From Pseudomonadota bacterium (lineage in GTDB: Bacteria > Bdellovibrionota > Bdellovibrionia > Bdellovibrionales > Bdellovibrionaceae), in the NCBI GenBank assembly GCA_041178425.1, contig JBEGVH010000030.1:1-64000 (forward strand): a stretch of 64,000 nt of DNA. The letters are read 5' to 3'. The position numbers and the translations under genes were made by a program. Shown one piece after another: positions 11,001-20,195 of the stretch (its first letter is position 1; each line of letters starts with the position of its first letter). Under the pieces are notes generated by a model. That model was given only the letters and a program-made list of their open reading frames with translations. It made no database searches and was not told where the DNA came from.

Positions 11001-12135
11001 TTGTACGTATAGCCTCTTAAGCATCCATCACAAGATTTTTGAAAAAGAACTTTTTGATGTGATTATTTTTGACGAAGCTCAATATCTAAAAAATATTGGC
11101 ACCAATCGCTTCAAATCTTCAGAAAATATCAATGCGAAGTTTAAGATCGCACTCACAGGGACCCCCATCGAGAATAATTTGGCGGAGCTTTATGCCCTCT
11201 TTCAACTTGTGGCTCCGGGGCTTCTTGGTAGCCGACAAGACTTCCAGCGCCATTATGTTAAACCAGAAGAACTCCCAGAGGAGAGCATCGAATTTCTGCG
11301 CGCCAAGCTAAAACCGCTCATTCTCCGTCGCCGCAAACAAGATCTCTCTCTGGAACTTCCAGATAAAACCGAAAACCAAATTTTTGTGGAATTCTCAAAA
11401 AAGCAAAAAGAGCTTTATCGCAATACGGCCCTTTCTTGGAGTCAAAAAGTTTACGAGTCCATCAACCAGAAGGGCGCCTCACAGAGTAAGCTCTATATGT
11501 TAACGGCACTTCTTCGTTTGCGCCAAGTGTGCTCGGATCCAGCGGCTTTGCCTTCGGTCACCTACAATGAGGTTCCACCAAAAATCAGTATCTTGCTTGA
11601 TATGCTCGAGGAAATCACCGAAGAAGGACACTCGGCGATTATCTTCACTCAATTCATGTCGACCTTTGGTCGCCTCAAAGATCTTTTGAAAAAGCACAAC
11701 ATTAAAGCTTTTGAAATGCACGGGGGAACTCCGCGTAAGGATCGAGAAACCCTCCTTAGAGAGTTTAGCAATGAAAAATCAGAGAAGGGTTCTGTTTTGC
11801 TTATGACTCTCAAAACTGGGGGTGTGGGCCTCAATCTGACAAGAGCGAGTTATGTGTTTCACCTAGAACCATGGTGGAACCCGGCCGTCGAAAACCAAGC
11901 TACTGATCGAGTTCACCGTCTTGGTCAAAAGAAGAACGTTACTGTTTACCGCCTCATCATGAAAGAATCTGTCGAAGAAAAAGTAGAGCTTCTCAAAAAA
12001 CGAAAAGCTCAGCTATTCAATAACCTCTTCGGCGATGATTACTTCTCCCTTGAATCGGCCGATGACTCCGTTTCTGCCGAAAAGGCAGGTTCAACCGCCA
12101 TCACCAAAGAAGATTTCGACATGTTAATTCAGTAA
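8092..12135 (+). CDS. SNF2-family (SF2) ATPase/helicase with a long unrecognised N-terminal region
   Basis: LKPYQ, LADDMGLGKT, DEAQ, LTGTPIENNL, LRLRQVC, GGVGLNLT, WWNPAVENQATDRVHRLGQ. Confidence 0.9.
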   Translation: MALENSLLGLLLQELKKISSAEVSNLCGEHYFQQTQNRFLQGDIPKLWQISPPTHHDNVRVISFESNDHQLVEVALLRAQWEIYSSADRLTYHFFGKEFTAALFARPTGPTMGRQLLSDTFVLLWLLNQTEREQNSWGLKAPLLKELKETLAPLMEAQAQPTNSENTIHSLLVCIPGQPMPFLKMEMIQASSQAPTLFQGQLFKVFNPTALKAKSQAIEAASIGAQIEKQGLAELQILMSNGRIIPLKDNEDLIPFLENHRSERADRRMLDKICKISDDDSLLLRTFERNKFNLIDKFFSENKEVRLVYGYNPTQERHGVLCRQFEVCSFGGIYQKPNLNLQLDSGYGRLELALEIPQPLSNALISNQIAFEPQKQTLIFHDLHQMARTFTRFLGEREHSADILHNLFHRTEPVTIDGHKRIYGFLKNLHHDFGKELQITSISELKLEGKPALEVLIDRESFRLLHRMTLEGREITFANLAGEWKTILRGVESGLMAIDPAANADFSYSVRRSQRQNEVKFLKHSGIFMTILHGALEWKLRDEALGKSKPVFYEELWQKLALLILPRNESNRTETLDQLVSFKVKRIAIDFIESLLDQLDNDYESVVALHNSLVFVKGLIREQAKILYYWIHQIANFTKGDLFTKSTSKYLPNDWYFEDLNQPHKIDDFYCFDHGAIQAQGVQSYSTRHRESLYQIPLSAWARLPQHFSEIQVQLDGRPMERLDAEQFKVNFELTNPDLTANEENRRIDWFALNPKYFLNGQEISEIDAKKLTFDGVLEYQGRFYVLDSENFPSQRALEVFWTRLQFTPTKSGRQQQKNNDGDVSAPKHHVLELLALRRMGIAFQGPKEWEAICEYYDRLSQPRGQLDLGDKLNSTLKPYQLAGVQWLWDLFQLRIGGILADDMGLGKTAQALSFLQYGYHKKALKRVLVIVPVSLTFNWVAEAEKFTPDLKVSVFDPKNPESTEADVIVCTYSLLSIHHKIFEKELFDVIIFDEAQYLKNIGTNRFKSSENINAKFKIALTGTPIENNLAELYALFQLVAPGLLGSRQDFQRHYVKPEELPEESIEFLRAKLKPLILRRRKQDLSLELPDKTENQIFVEFSKKQKELYRNTALSWSQKVYESINQKGASQSKLYMLTALLRLRQVCSDPAALPSVTYNEVPPKISILLDMLEEITEEGHSAIIFTQFMSTFGRLKDLLKKHNIKAFEMHGGTPRKDRETLLREFSNEKSEKGSVLLMTLKTGGVGLNLTRASYVFHLEPWWNPAVENQATDRVHRLGQKKNVTVYRLIMKESVEEKVELLKKRKAQLFNNLFGDDYFSLESADDSVSAEKAGSTAITKEDFDMLIQ

Positions 12136-12399
12136 CCTCGGAGCCTCCGCCGGAGCCCTCAAGCCTTTGCTTTTTAAATATCTCCACCCACACAGAAACC
12201 TCTTTTCGGCTCGATCAAGGGCGCCGAGGGTTCTACTGTCAAAGAGATCGACACGATACTCCAAGAGCTGTCGGTGCATTTTTTGATGAAAAAACAATTA
12301 AATAAATAATGTTTGCAATATTGTTTGTGAATTGGCTCGTTTTTTGAATCAACGAAAGGTGAACGAGGTTTATTAGGCCTCGGGGCCCGAGGAGGTTCG

Positions 12400-12822
12400 A
12401 TGATGAAAAAGCTAATCTTAGTTCTCACATTGGCAAGTGCCATCATAGGATGTGATAAGACCTGCAAAACAACCGTAGAGGATTTTGTGGCTATTCAAAA
12501 CAACACGGGCATGGACATCACCCTCGCCGTATGCAAAGGGCACTATGGCCAAGCCAGTATGCGACTCCTTCCCACAACTTCTGGAATCGTCAATTTAGGA
12601 ACCCATGAAGAAACCGCTTCACAAGGCGGGGTCGGCACCTGCAGTTCGTCGAACAATAAGAAAAATAATAACTTAAAGATTTCATTGGCGCCAATGAGCT
12701 TTGGCTATGTAAAGCTCTGTTATCGACAAATGGATAACACTTATGTGGTTGCCTCAACCTACCAGGGTTGCCCCGCTAATTACATAGAGCAAACGAGCAC
12801 AGGCGCCTGCGAAGACTATTAA
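12400..12822 (+). CDS. Small Cys-rich lipoprotein, hypothetical
   Basis: GGAGG RBS; MMKKLILVLTLASAIIGC lipobox; six further Cys. Confidence 0.75.
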   Translation: MMKKLILVLTLASAIIGCDKTCKTTVEDFVAIQNNTGMDITLAVCKGHYGQASMRLLPTTSGIVNLGTHEETASQGGVGTCSSSNNKKNNNLKISLAPMSFGYVKLCYRQMDNTYVVASTYQGCPANYIEQTSTGACEDY

Positions 12823-12892
12823 TTCCGTAAAAATTCGTTTTCCCCATGGGTTGTGACTTGCTCTCGAGAAACGATTCCCCTATGCTGGGCCC

Positions 12893-13120
12893 ATGAAATG
12901 TAACGTCGCCTTTGTCGATAGAATCATTCGCTTCCTTTTTGGAACTATCCTTACTTCCTGGGCTCTTGCCGGAGGCCCATCTTGGGCTTTTTTTGGAGTC
13001 TATTTACTTTTCTCCGCCGGTTGGGGATTTTGTCTTTTTTATGGAATTCTTAAAATCAACACAATCAAAGATCTAAAATCGGATAACACATTGATGAATC
13101 CACCCGGAGATGGTTTTTAA
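12893..13120 (+). CDS. DUF2892 (YgaP-like) membrane protein
   Basis: MKCNVAFVDRIIRF...GFCLFYGILKINT resembles the DUF2892 pattern. Confidence 0.75.
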   Translation: MKCNVAFVDRIIRFLFGTILTSWALAGGPSWAFFGVYLLFSAGWGFCLFYGILKINTIKDLKSDNTLMNPPGDGF

Positions 13121-13162
13121 CAGACTTTCATCTTCACTTTCTATGGAGAGGGAACAAGTAAT

Positions 13163-14545
13163 ATGAATATCACTTCTGAGCTACAAAAGATCCTCCGTTC
13201 CGATCAAATTAAAACAGACCCAGAATCAATCCAATATTACGGCAAAGATTGGACGACCTATTTTGATATTGCAGCAATAGCGATAACATTTCCTGAGTCC
13301 ATTGATGACGTTCAAAAATTAGTTCGCTGGGCAAATGCCAATAAAGTAGCTCTTGTTCCCTCAGGGGGGCGCACGGGATTGAGTGGTGCCGCTGTGGCCG
13401 CTAAAGGAGAAATCGTCGTCTCTTTCGAACGAATGAATAAAATCTCAGAGTTTAATCCCATCGATCGCACAGTTGTTTGTGAACCTGGAGTGGTTGTTGA
13501 GGAACTTCAAAATTTTGCAAAAAATAAAAATCTTTTCTATCCTGTTGATTTCGCAGCAAGAGGTTCGAGTCATATTGCAGGAACCATCGCCACCAATGCC
13601 GGCGGAATTAAAGTTCTTCGTTACGGAATGACGCGGGATTGGATCGCGGGCCTCAAGGTTGTTACGGGTACCGGAGAGCTTCTTGATCTTAACAAAGGTC
13701 TTATCAAAAATGCGACTGGATATGATCTTCGGCATCTCTTTATAGGAAGTGAAGGCACTCTCGGCTTTATTGTAGAAGCCACCGTTAAATTAGCGAATCC
13801 TCCACCGGCCTTGAAGACTTTATTGTTGGCGGTCCCTTCTCTCGAAGATATCATGTCCGTTTATTCACTCTTTAAAGACCGCTGTGTACTAACAGCCTTT
13901 GAAATGTTCTCAGACAAGGCTCTTCACTATGTACTCGATGGCACTGGTCTCCCTAAGCCGTTCAGCGAGTCTTCGCCATTTTATGCCGTTTTAGAAGTTG
14001 AAGCGCCTTCAGAGGCTGACGAAGCAAAAATACTTGAATGTTTTGAAAATGGTCTTGAAGAAGGATTCATTACTGATGGCCACATGGCTCAATCGGAAGA
14101 GCAAGCTCGGATTTTCTGGCGCTACCGCGAACAAATTAGTGAAAGCCTTTCTCGCTTTTCACCTTACAAAAATGATTTAAGCGTTCGCATTAGCACAGTC
14201 CCCCCTTTTGTTGAAAAGCTCGATCATGTTTTATCCTCAGCGTATCCCACATGGACGGTGGTTTGGTTCGGCCACATTGGTGATGGCAATTTGCACATTA
14301 ATATTTTGCGACCCAATGGTATGACCAAAGAGGACTTCGTAAAAGAATGTCAAAAAGTCGATGCCATGGTTTTTGAAGTCACCCAGCAGTTTTCTGGTAG
14401 CATATCTGCTGAGCATGGTGTTGGTCTGACAAAGAAACCGTTTTTACAATTTAGCCGATCACAGCCCGAAATCGCTCTGCTGAAGCAAATAAAAAATGTT
14501 TTTGACCCGAATAACATCATCAACCCAGGAAAAATTTTAGATTAA
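13163..14545 (+). CDS. FAD-binding oxidoreductase (D-2-hydroxyacid dehydrogenase, GlcD/D2HGDH-like)
   Basis: PSGGRTGLSG, ATNAGG, GSEGTLG, FGHIGDGNLH, SAEHGVG, FDPNNIINPGK. Confidence 0.9.
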   Translation: MNITSELQKILRSDQIKTDPESIQYYGKDWTTYFDIAAIAITFPESIDDVQKLVRWANANKVALVPSGGRTGLSGAAVAAKGEIVVSFERMNKISEFNPIDRTVVCEPGVVVEELQNFAKNKNLFYPVDFAARGSSHIAGTIATNAGGIKVLRYGMTRDWIAGLKVVTGTGELLDLNKGLIKNATGYDLRHLFIGSEGTLGFIVEATVKLANPPPALKTLLLAVPSLEDIMSVYSLFKDRCVLTAFEMFSDKALHYVLDGTGLPKPFSESSPFYAVLEVEAPSEADEAKILECFENGLEEGFITDGHMAQSEEQARIFWRYREQISESLSRFSPYKNDLSVRISTVPPFVEKLDHVLSSAYPTWTVVWFGHIGDGNLHINILRPNGMTKEDFVKECQKVDAMVFEVTQQFSGSISAEHGVGLTKKPFLQFSRSQPEIALLKQIKNVFDPNNIINPGKILD

Positions 14546-14788
14546 GCCTAAATCCAGATTATTTGACTGGGGTTGGGTGAGCTATTGGATCCAGTGTACT
14601 TGAGCATCGCTTCGGGGTTTAACACTTGTCTTAGATTGAGACTTCAATCTAACTTCGTAGATCGTCTCACTGTCGATAACTTAAACAGTCGTTAAAAATA
14701 AAGTCGTAATTAAAGGTAGATAATTTCACTTTATGGCTTGAATAAGCATGGGTCTGCTTCTTGCAATGGCTGTTGGTGGGAGGCTTCT

Positions 14789-15805
14789 ATGACCTTTTGG
14801 AGAAATTCATTATTACTTACGACAATCTTTGCTCAAGCGAGTTTAGCGTTCGCCCAACCAAAGACTGCGTACACATCGAAATCATCGGTCGATTCCTCGC
14901 TCTTTAGTGACCAAACCGATTTTACCGAGCCACGCCCTTCCTACACCCTTGCCCAAATTCTACCGGCTTATAAGGTAGCCCTTAAAAAAGGAATGTTTGA
15001 GGTGATGGGCGGTCTCGGACACACAGACGGCAGTGAAGAAATCAACCGTGGGCAACCCAATTACATTAAAAAGAGCCCTCAGGGTGATTTTGTTCCGGTC
15101 CAACTTGCTTATGGCCTTAGCGATAACACGAGCCTTTATTTCTCGGGTAAAGCCATTCGCCAAACGGAGAGAGCCACAAATACTAATCTCGAGGGAACCT
15201 CTGAACCCCAATTTTCAATTTCACATTCAATCCGCAATGAGAATTCAACCTTGAATCTCATCGGAACCTACACGGCTGATGTTGGAGCCGCAACGTTGAC
15301 GTCTCGAGCCGCCAGTCGCAAAGAAGGAAACACCCTTCAAGGTGGAGCCTCCGGAGAAGGCCTTGCCGGTTATTTTGTTCGTCTATCGCCTATTATTATT
15401 GGTGGCGAAGTCTCTTACCTTTACAAAGACTCGCGCATTAAAAACGAAGAAACCATTGCTCTTTTTACTGGTCAGACGACCGGACAAACACAAACCCGCC
15501 TCGAAGGTGGAAATGAAAAAACCCTTCGAGCCATTGTTGAATTAGCGATGCCCATTCGCCTTGGCGCAACAGCTGGCCGAACTTGGGTTGAACCCGAAGA
15601 GCTCATCACCATGTATCAACCAACAACAATCCTCTATAACTCATATTACAGAAATTTCTTTTCGGGCTATGCGCGATTTCAGGTCAATCCTAAATTAGCT
15701 ATTCTACCGTCGGTTTCTTATACCGAAGCCCCGGACACCACAGGAATTACCGGAAAGCAGAACCAAGAAATAGCAACTCAAGTGGGAATTCGCTATCGCT
15801 TTTAA
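14789..15805 (+). CDS. Putative outer-membrane beta-barrel protein
   Basis: GGGAGG RBS; signal peptide ending AFA; amphipathic beta strands; C-terminal GIRYRF beta-signal. Confidence 0.65.
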   Translation: MTFWRNSLLLTTIFAQASLAFAQPKTAYTSKSSVDSSLFSDQTDFTEPRPSYTLAQILPAYKVALKKGMFEVMGGLGHTDGSEEINRGQPNYIKKSPQGDFVPVQLAYGLSDNTSLYFSGKAIRQTERATNTNLEGTSEPQFSISHSIRNENSTLNLIGTYTADVGAATLTSRAASRKEGNTLQGGASGEGLAGYFVRLSPIIIGGEVSYLYKDSRIKNEETIALFTGQTTGQTQTRLEGGNEKTLRAIVELAMPIRLGATAGRTWVEPEELITMYQPTTILYNSYYRNFFSGYARFQVNPKLAILPSVSYTEAPDTTGITGKQNQEIATQVGIRYRF

Positions 15806-15821
15806 GAGTTAGACCTTTATT

Positions 15822-16562
15822 TTACCAATCACCGGAGGCGCCACCGCCGCTAAAGCCGCCTCCGCCACCTGACCAGCCGCCGCCCCCGCCAGATCCGCCG
15901 AATCCACCACCGCCAAATCCACCATAGCCTCTCGAACCAAATCCATGGCGACCTCGATTAGACACAATCTGCAAAATTAGTAACACAAAAAATAATAAAA
16001 AGATGAGCGCATTGCCAGAACCAAAACGTTTTTTGGGTGGTTCTTCAACAACCGCTTCACGGCCATTAAGAACTTCGGGAGCGACATAGGTGATGACAGC
16101 AATTAATCCCTCGTTGAGTCCTGCATCTAAACGTCCCGACGAAAAGTAGGGCTTAATGACCCTTGCAATGATTCTCTTGGCAATCACATCGGGCAGTTCT
16201 CCTTCGAGACCCTGCCCAACCTCTATTCTCAGCTTCCGCTCCTGTTTGCTGACAAGCAACAGGACGCCGTTGTCTTTCTCCTGGGTTCCCAACTTCCAAG
16301 ACTCAACAATTTTTAATGAGGCTTCTTCTATAGGATAACCCTGTAAATCGGGAAGGGTTAAAACTTGTATCTGCGCCTTGCCTGAAGTTTCAACTTCTCG
16401 AATCAGACGCTCGGCCTGAGTTTTTGCTTCAGCACTAAAGAGATGGGCTTCGTCTTGAATGGGCTCTCGCAGAGAAGGAACAACAAAATCGGCGGCCCAA
16501 ACCGGGCCACCGACCATTAAAAGAACTATTGAGACTCCCTTAAAGCGAGATAGACACGTCAC
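15822..16562 (-). CDS. TPM domain protein (YgcG family)
   Basis: WKLGTQEKDNGVLLLV, RIEVGQGLEG, one TM helix, Gly-rich tail GGGGFSGGGASGDW. Confidence 0.9.
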   Translation of the reverse strand: MTCLSRFKGVSIVLLMVGGPVWAADFVVPSLREPIQDEAHLFSAEAKTQAERLIREVETSGKAQIQVLTLPDLQGYPIEEASLKIVESWKLGTQEKDNGVLLLVSKQERKLRIEVGQGLEGELPDVIAKRIIARVIKPYFSSGRLDAGLNEGLIAVITYVAPEVLNGREAVVEEPPKKRFGSGNALIFLLFFVLLILQIVSNRGRHGFGSRGYGGFGGGGFGGSGGGGGWSGGGGGFSGGGASGDW

Positions 16563-16563
16563 C

Positions 16564-17148
16564 TTAAAACTTTACGCTCGGTGCTTGCTCGACCGTTTTC
16601 TTTTCTTCGGCCGACACATCCCACTGTGACATTTTTTCGAAATGATACATCATTGAATTGGTCCAGCTCGTTGGTGGCACCGTTAACTGATTGTTATACT
16701 CTTTAATTGCATCGATGAGGCGATTGCGAGCCACCGTGATACGGTTCTCCGTTCCCTCTAATTGCGCTTGTAGATCAGAAAAGTTTTGATTTGATTTTAA
16801 ATCGGGATACTTTTCGGCCACCATCATGAGCTTACCGAGTGCTTGAGAGAGCTGCCCCTGGGCTTGTTGAAATTTAGCTAGATCTTCTGGCTTTACCTTG
16901 GTTGGATCGATTTGTATTGATGTGGCTTTCGCACGGGCCTCAGTCACGGAAACCAGTGTTTCTTGCTCTTGTTTTGCGTAACCCTTTACTGTTTCAACCA
17001 AATTGGGTATCAAATCAGCACGGCGCTTGTATTGATTAGTTACCTCCGCCAAGGACGCATCAACTTGATTTTTGCTTTGAGGAATGGATTGCCAACCGCA
17101 ACCTGAAAGCCCAACACAAACAAGAACCAACATTAAATTTCTCTTCAT
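16564..17148 (-). CDS. lemA: LemA family lipoprotein
   Basis: QYKRRADLIPNLVETVKGYA, EKYPDLKSNQNF, LEGTENRITVAR; lipobox LSGC; start moved to the ATG at 17148 after GGAG. Confidence 0.92.
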   Translation of the reverse strand: MKRNLMLVLVCVGLSGCGWQSIPQSKNQVDASLAEVTNQYKRRADLIPNLVETVKGYAKQEQETLVSVTEARAKATSIQIDPTKVKPEDLAKFQQAQGQLSQALGKLMMVAEKYPDLKSNQNFSDLQAQLEGTENRITVARNRLIDAIKEYNNQLTVPPTSWTNSMMYHFEKMSQWDVSAEEKKTVEQAPSVKF

Positions 17149-17276
17149 TTTTCTTACTCCTGTCTGATTAAGACAACTCACTCTATCAAGAACTGATCGG
17201 TCTCGCAACGAATTGCTTTTGAGGTTGAGAGAGCTTCAGTTACCTGTCATGCTTCTAAGGGGAGACTGCTAAAAGA

Positions 17277-17615
17277 ATGAATTCAACAGAAAACCAAATA
17301 ATTTTTATCTATTCTACCTTCCCCGACTTAACTTCGGCCCGTTCCAGCGCCAGACAACTTACTGAAGACAAACTTATTGCTTGCGCCAATATTTTTCCAG
17401 AAATGCACTCTACTTACTGGTGGGAGAACAAAATCGAAGAATCAACAGAAGTCGTTGCCATTTTTAAAACCAAGGCCGACCTCTTTGATCGCTGCGAGCA
17501 AGCCCTCAAAAAAAGTCACCCCTATACGACCCCCTGTATAGTAGCCATTAACATTGCCAATGGGAATGCTGATTATTTAACTTGGATTACGCAGGCTGTA
17601 GAAGCCAGTAAATGA
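17277..17615 (+). CDS. cutA: Divalent-cation tolerance protein CutA
   Basis: LIACANI, STYWWENKIE, HPYTTPCI, YLTWI. Confidence 0.9.
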   Translation: MNSTENQIIFIYSTFPDLTSARSSARQLTEDKLIACANIFPEMHSTYWWENKIEESTEVVAIFKTKADLFDRCEQALKKSHPYTTPCIVAINIANGNADYLTWITQAVEASK

Positions 17616-17830
17616 TAAGCAAAAAAACAACTGTTAGTAAAAGCAGAATAACCATCGTTTTTGGTAGACTCATGCACTTCCCCTTCGACCCTGTCCCTAG
17701 GGTCTCTTTTAGCACCACCTAGATGCGGAGCGCTAAATTCTTGAACTTCCAGTGTGGCCCCACTATAAAACAACTCAACAGACACTGAAGTTATAATTGC
17801 ATAATTCATACCGAATCGAGAGGGGCCACA

Positions 17831-18352
17831 ATGAACCGCCAAGAACTAGCCAAAAAAATATTTGATGTGAGTCACCTCACCGGTGAATTTAAACTCCGCT
17901 CAGGACAAATTTCTAACGAATACTTTGATAAGTATCGCTTCGAATCTCAGCCTCAACTCCTGCAAGCCATAGCTGATCAGATGAAAAGCCTTATTCCAGC
18001 AGGAACAGAGGTTCTTGCAGGGCTAGAGGTGGGTGGAATCCCAATTGCTACGGCGCTCTCTCTCACCACTGGCCTACCCGTGGTTTTCGTTCGAAAAAAG
18101 GCGAAAGACTACGGCACCTGTCAGCTCGCAGAAGGAGTTAATATTAAGGGTAAGAAAGTCTGCATCATCGAAGACGTCATAACAACTGGTGGCCAGGTGC
18201 ACCTCTCGGCTGAAGACCTAAAACATGCTGGCGCAATCCTTAGTGATGTTCTTTGTGTTATCGATAGAGGAACCGATTCCGTAGGAAAAATGAAAGAAAA
18301 GGGCCTCAATCTGAAACCCCTTTTCACCATGGCAGAGCTTAAAGCTCAATAA
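17831..18352 (+). CDS. pyrE: Orotate phosphoribosyltransferase
   Basis: GEFKLRSG, YFDKY, VRKKAKDYGT, PRPP motif IIEDVITTGG. Confidence 0.9.
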   Translation: MNRQELAKKIFDVSHLTGEFKLRSGQISNEYFDKYRFESQPQLLQAIADQMKSLIPAGTEVLAGLEVGGIPIATALSLTTGLPVVFVRKKAKDYGTCQLAEGVNIKGKKVCIIEDVITTGGQVHLSAEDLKHAGAILSDVLCVIDRGTDSVGKMKEKGLNLKPLFTMAELKAQ

Positions 18353-20087
18353 GAGCTAGCCCCCTAGTTATCAACATTTTCATTCGCTCCGACTCCGAGG
18401 CTAACTCATTAAGCCTTGATCGGAGCTGATCGCATAGCGGTCTGTTTAATTTATGGATCGCAAAAAGCTCAAGAAGCTCTAATCTCAGCAGCCACTCCTG
18501 AGGAAAACTTTCATCTAAGCGTTTTTTTATCGACGAAGCGATTTCAATTTGCATCTCTGTCAAAGTATTAGTCTCGCGAATTTCGCGAACGATTCGATAA
18601 AGATTAACAAGATCTTTATTCTCGTTGGTCAGATTGCATTTTTGGGGTCGCGCTTTGAACTGCTTTAAATGAACTTTTTGAGCAAAGGCATTACGATCAG
18701 CAGCGCCGCCAAAAACGGAGACCACTTTTTCACCAAGAATCATATCGAATGTTCCCCACTCTGGATTAAAGAGAACAGCCTGGCCCGATCTCACCGTACA
18801 ATCTTGAAAACTCATTACGAGAGTTTTACCGTCTTTTTCAAAGGAAGAAATCCAGCGACCTTCAATCGAGATTCCAGACTCAAACTCAAAATGGCACGTC
18901 TGCCCTTTCACACAACCGATTGTTTTCCAGTCCTGAGCTGTTGCCAACCAAGGCTTTGCACTCATTCCCTTGATTGAGCCCAGGGGAGAGCTGAAGCCCT
19001 CGGTATGATAGTCGGCTCCGTGGCCTTCCATTTGAATTTCGTTTTCAGAAATTTGACAGGGACCACTGAGCTTTAAAAAACAAACATCGCCCTTAGAATC
19101 GACCCAGTAATCGCTAACTACACCGCTCACTTGTACCCCAGATTCAAAAACCGTGGTTGTTACGGTTTGAGCCTTTTTTGCTTTTGCCAAGCCTTCGACT
19201 CCGCCGTGCCTGTAGGCCATCTTATTGGCGAGTTCGTCGATGACTTTTTCGAGTTTTTTAAAATCATCGGTAACAAATAACTGTGGTTGTGGCTTTGTAA
19301 TATCATAGGTCGTCTCAATACAGTCGACGGTGAGAGGCACTTTCTTCACCTTATCAGAAAGACAATTAAAACTTTCTCCTACCGATGAAAGGAGCCCAGC
19401 GCCATAGATTAAATATTTTCCCTCTTTCTTATACAAACCATACTCGGTCGACCACCACCCAAGGCGAGTCACTTGTTGAGCTTCACTCACATAGCCTACA
19501 TTTTTCACTGCTTCTTCAAGCTGTAATTGAGCCTTCTCAATATCGGCCTTAGTGGCCGAAGGGTTTTCTTTCGTCTCCGATAAATTCAAAACGGCTTCAT
19601 AGAGTTCATTGTCTTCTTTGGCAAAAATCACCCGACGAGCAATCTCACCAAATTTTTTCAGGTAAGCTGAATAATCCGGATCTGCTAAAATTGGAGCATG
19701 ACCAGCGGCCTCGTGAACAATATCCGGGGCGGGAGTGTAATCAATATTCTCAATTTTTCTCATATCAGCGGCAATCGGAAGAATTCTGTGCGCGAGCATT
19801 TCAAGAAATGGCTCTGGAGGAATAAACCCTGTTATGATGACCGCACGCCAGCCAAACTTTTTGAGTTTATCATCCATTTCGGAAATGAGAGGTATACGAT
19901 CCGTAGTTACGCCTGTTTCTTTTAACCCTTCGATATATTTAGGATGGGCATGTTCGCCAAAGAACTTTTTCGAAACTCTCATAATATAGCGCCAGCTTGC
20001 ATGATCAATGGGCGTATAGAGAGAGTAGTCTTGTTCGGCAATGTACTGTTTTAAATAAGCTGGAAGTTCAATAAATGTGTGTGTCAT
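18339..20087 (-). CDS. phhA: Aromatic amino acid hydroxylase (phenylalanine 4-monooxygenase, long form)
   Basis: YTPAPDIVHEAAGH iron motif, WWSTEYGL, IYGAGLLSSVGES, YDITKPQPQLFV; start moved to the ATG at 20087. Confidence 0.88.
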   Translation of the reverse strand: MTHTFIELPAYLKQYIAEQDYSLYTPIDHASWRYIMRVSKKFFGEHAHPKYIEGLKETGVTTDRIPLISEMDDKLKKFGWRAVIITGFIPPEPFLEMLAHRILPIAADMRKIENIDYTPAPDIVHEAAGHAPILADPDYSAYLKKFGEIARRVIFAKEDNELYEAVLNLSETKENPSATKADIEKAQLQLEEAVKNVGYVSEAQQVTRLGWWSTEYGLYKKEGKYLIYGAGLLSSVGESFNCLSDKVKKVPLTVDCIETTYDITKPQPQLFVTDDFKKLEKVIDELANKMAYRHGGVEGLAKAKKAQTVTTTVFESGVQVSGVVSDYWVDSKGDVCFLKLSGPCQISENEIQMEGHGADYHTEGFSSPLGSIKGMSAKPWLATAQDWKTIGCVKGQTCHFEFESGISIEGRWISSFEKDGKTLVMSFQDCTVRSGQAVLFNPEWGTFDMILGEKVVSVFGGAADRNAFAQKVHLKQFKARPQKCNLTNENKDLVNLYRIVREIRETNTLTEMQIEIASSIKKRLDESFPQEWLLRLELLELFAIHKLNRPLCDQLRSRLNELASESERMKMLITRGLALIEL

Positions 20088-20195
20088 AATGGGCTCAAGT
20101 AAATACAAGACTTTTTGGCGAATCAAGAAAATTAGTTGGATACTTTGTATCAAAATGAACGACGAAAAATAATTTACGAAAGATAGGGCTGATTC

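Noticed and set aside
12178..12309. Protein-like stretch ISPPTQKPLFGSIKGAEGSTVKEIDTILQELSVHFLMKKQLNK
   Set aside because: No plausible start after the upstream in-frame stop and no recognisable homology; cannot be supported as a gene or pseudogene.
15830..15925. GC-rich ccgcc repeats
   Set aside because: They encode the ordinary Gly-rich tail of TPM proteins.
18339..18352. 14-bp convergent overlap of pyrE and phhA
   Set aside because: Short tail-to-tail overlaps are common in compact genomes.
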